From NCBI GenBank assembly GCA_030390025.1, contig CM059433.1, positions 9,052,001 to 9,116,000 of the forward strand: 64,000 nt of DNA, read 5' to 3'. This stretch comes from Squalus acanthias. Lineage: Eukaryota. The first letter of the stretch is position 1. Every line of letters starts with the position of its first letter. The notes beneath the pieces were generated by a model that did no database searches, had not been told where the DNA came from, and saw nothing but the letters and a program-made list of their open reading frames with translations. This document shows positions 63,160 through 64,000 of the stretch, piece by piece. A program made the translations under genes and the position numbers.

Positions 63160-64000
63160 CTATAATAGATGTAAACGGATATGATATAATTGGGATTACG
63201 GAGACATGGCTCCAGGGTGACCAAGGCTGGGAATTCAACATCCAGGGGTATTCAATATTCAGGAAGGACAGGCAAAAAGGAAAAGGAGGTGGGGTAGCAT
63301 TGCTGGTTAAAGAGGAGATTAACACAATAGTAAGGAAGGATATTAGCTCTGATGATGTGGAATCTGTATGGGCAGAGCTGAGAAATATCAAGGGGCAGAA
63401 AACATTAGTGGGAGTTGTATACAGACCCCCAAACAGTAATGCTGAGGTTGGGGATGGCATTAAACGGGAAATTAGAGACACGTGCAATAAGGGCACAGCA
63501 GTTATCATGGGTGACTTTAATCTACATATAGATTGGGCTAACCAAATTAGTGACAATACTGTGGAGGAGGAATTCCTAGAGTATATACGGGATGGTTTCC
63601 TGGACCAATATGTAGAGGAACCAACTAGAGATCAGGCCATCTTAGACTGGGTATTATGTAATGAGAAAGGATTAATTAGCAATCTTGTTGTGCGAGGCCC
63701 CTTGGGGAGGAGCGATCATATTATGGTAGAATTCTTCATTAAGATGGAGAGTGAAGTAGTTGACTCAGAGACTAGGGTCCTGAATTTAAATAAAGGAAAC
63801 TACGATGGTATGAGGCGCAAGTTGGCTAGGATGGATTGGGGAATGTTACTTAAAGGGTTGACGGTGGATAGGCATGGCAAACATTTAAAGATCGCATGGC
63901 TGAACTACAGAATTTATTCATCCCTGTTTGGCATAAAAATAAAACAAAAAAGGTGACTCAACCGTGGCTAACAAGGGAAATTAGGGATAGCATAAGATCC
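63160..64000 (+). mobile_element. Young CR1 LINE endonuclease region, continues beyond the window
   Basis: ORF 63075..63956 is nearly the same protein as ORF 55029..56132. Confidence 0.95.

Overview
Eukaryotic genomic DNA, most likely from a cartilaginous fish (shark-type HE1-like and SacSINE1-like SINEs, CR1/HER1-like LINEs, L2, Penelope). The whole window lies inside one minus-strand gene, KIDINS220/ARMS. I could place 13 coding exons by hand with splice sites and consistent phases, running from the transmembrane/KAP P-loop region (62147) to the alternatively spliced cluster (7978). Neither the start nor the stop codon is in the window. Introns are mostly transposon-derived. Most notable: (1) a ~190-nt inverted repeat matching no transposon I recognise (2260-2445 / 5359-5554) that would pair with a candidate unannotated 150-nt frame-preserving cassette exon and its donor, with A-C mismatches typical of ADAR substrates; (2) two 216-bp TSD-flanked fold-back mini-elements carrying minimal hammerhead ribozymes; (3) Harbinger-like MITEs with conserved, covarying hairpins and promoter-plus-splice-donor cassettes; (4) a GC-AG intron. 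Repeat boundaries are approximate, and all identities were judged by eye without computation.
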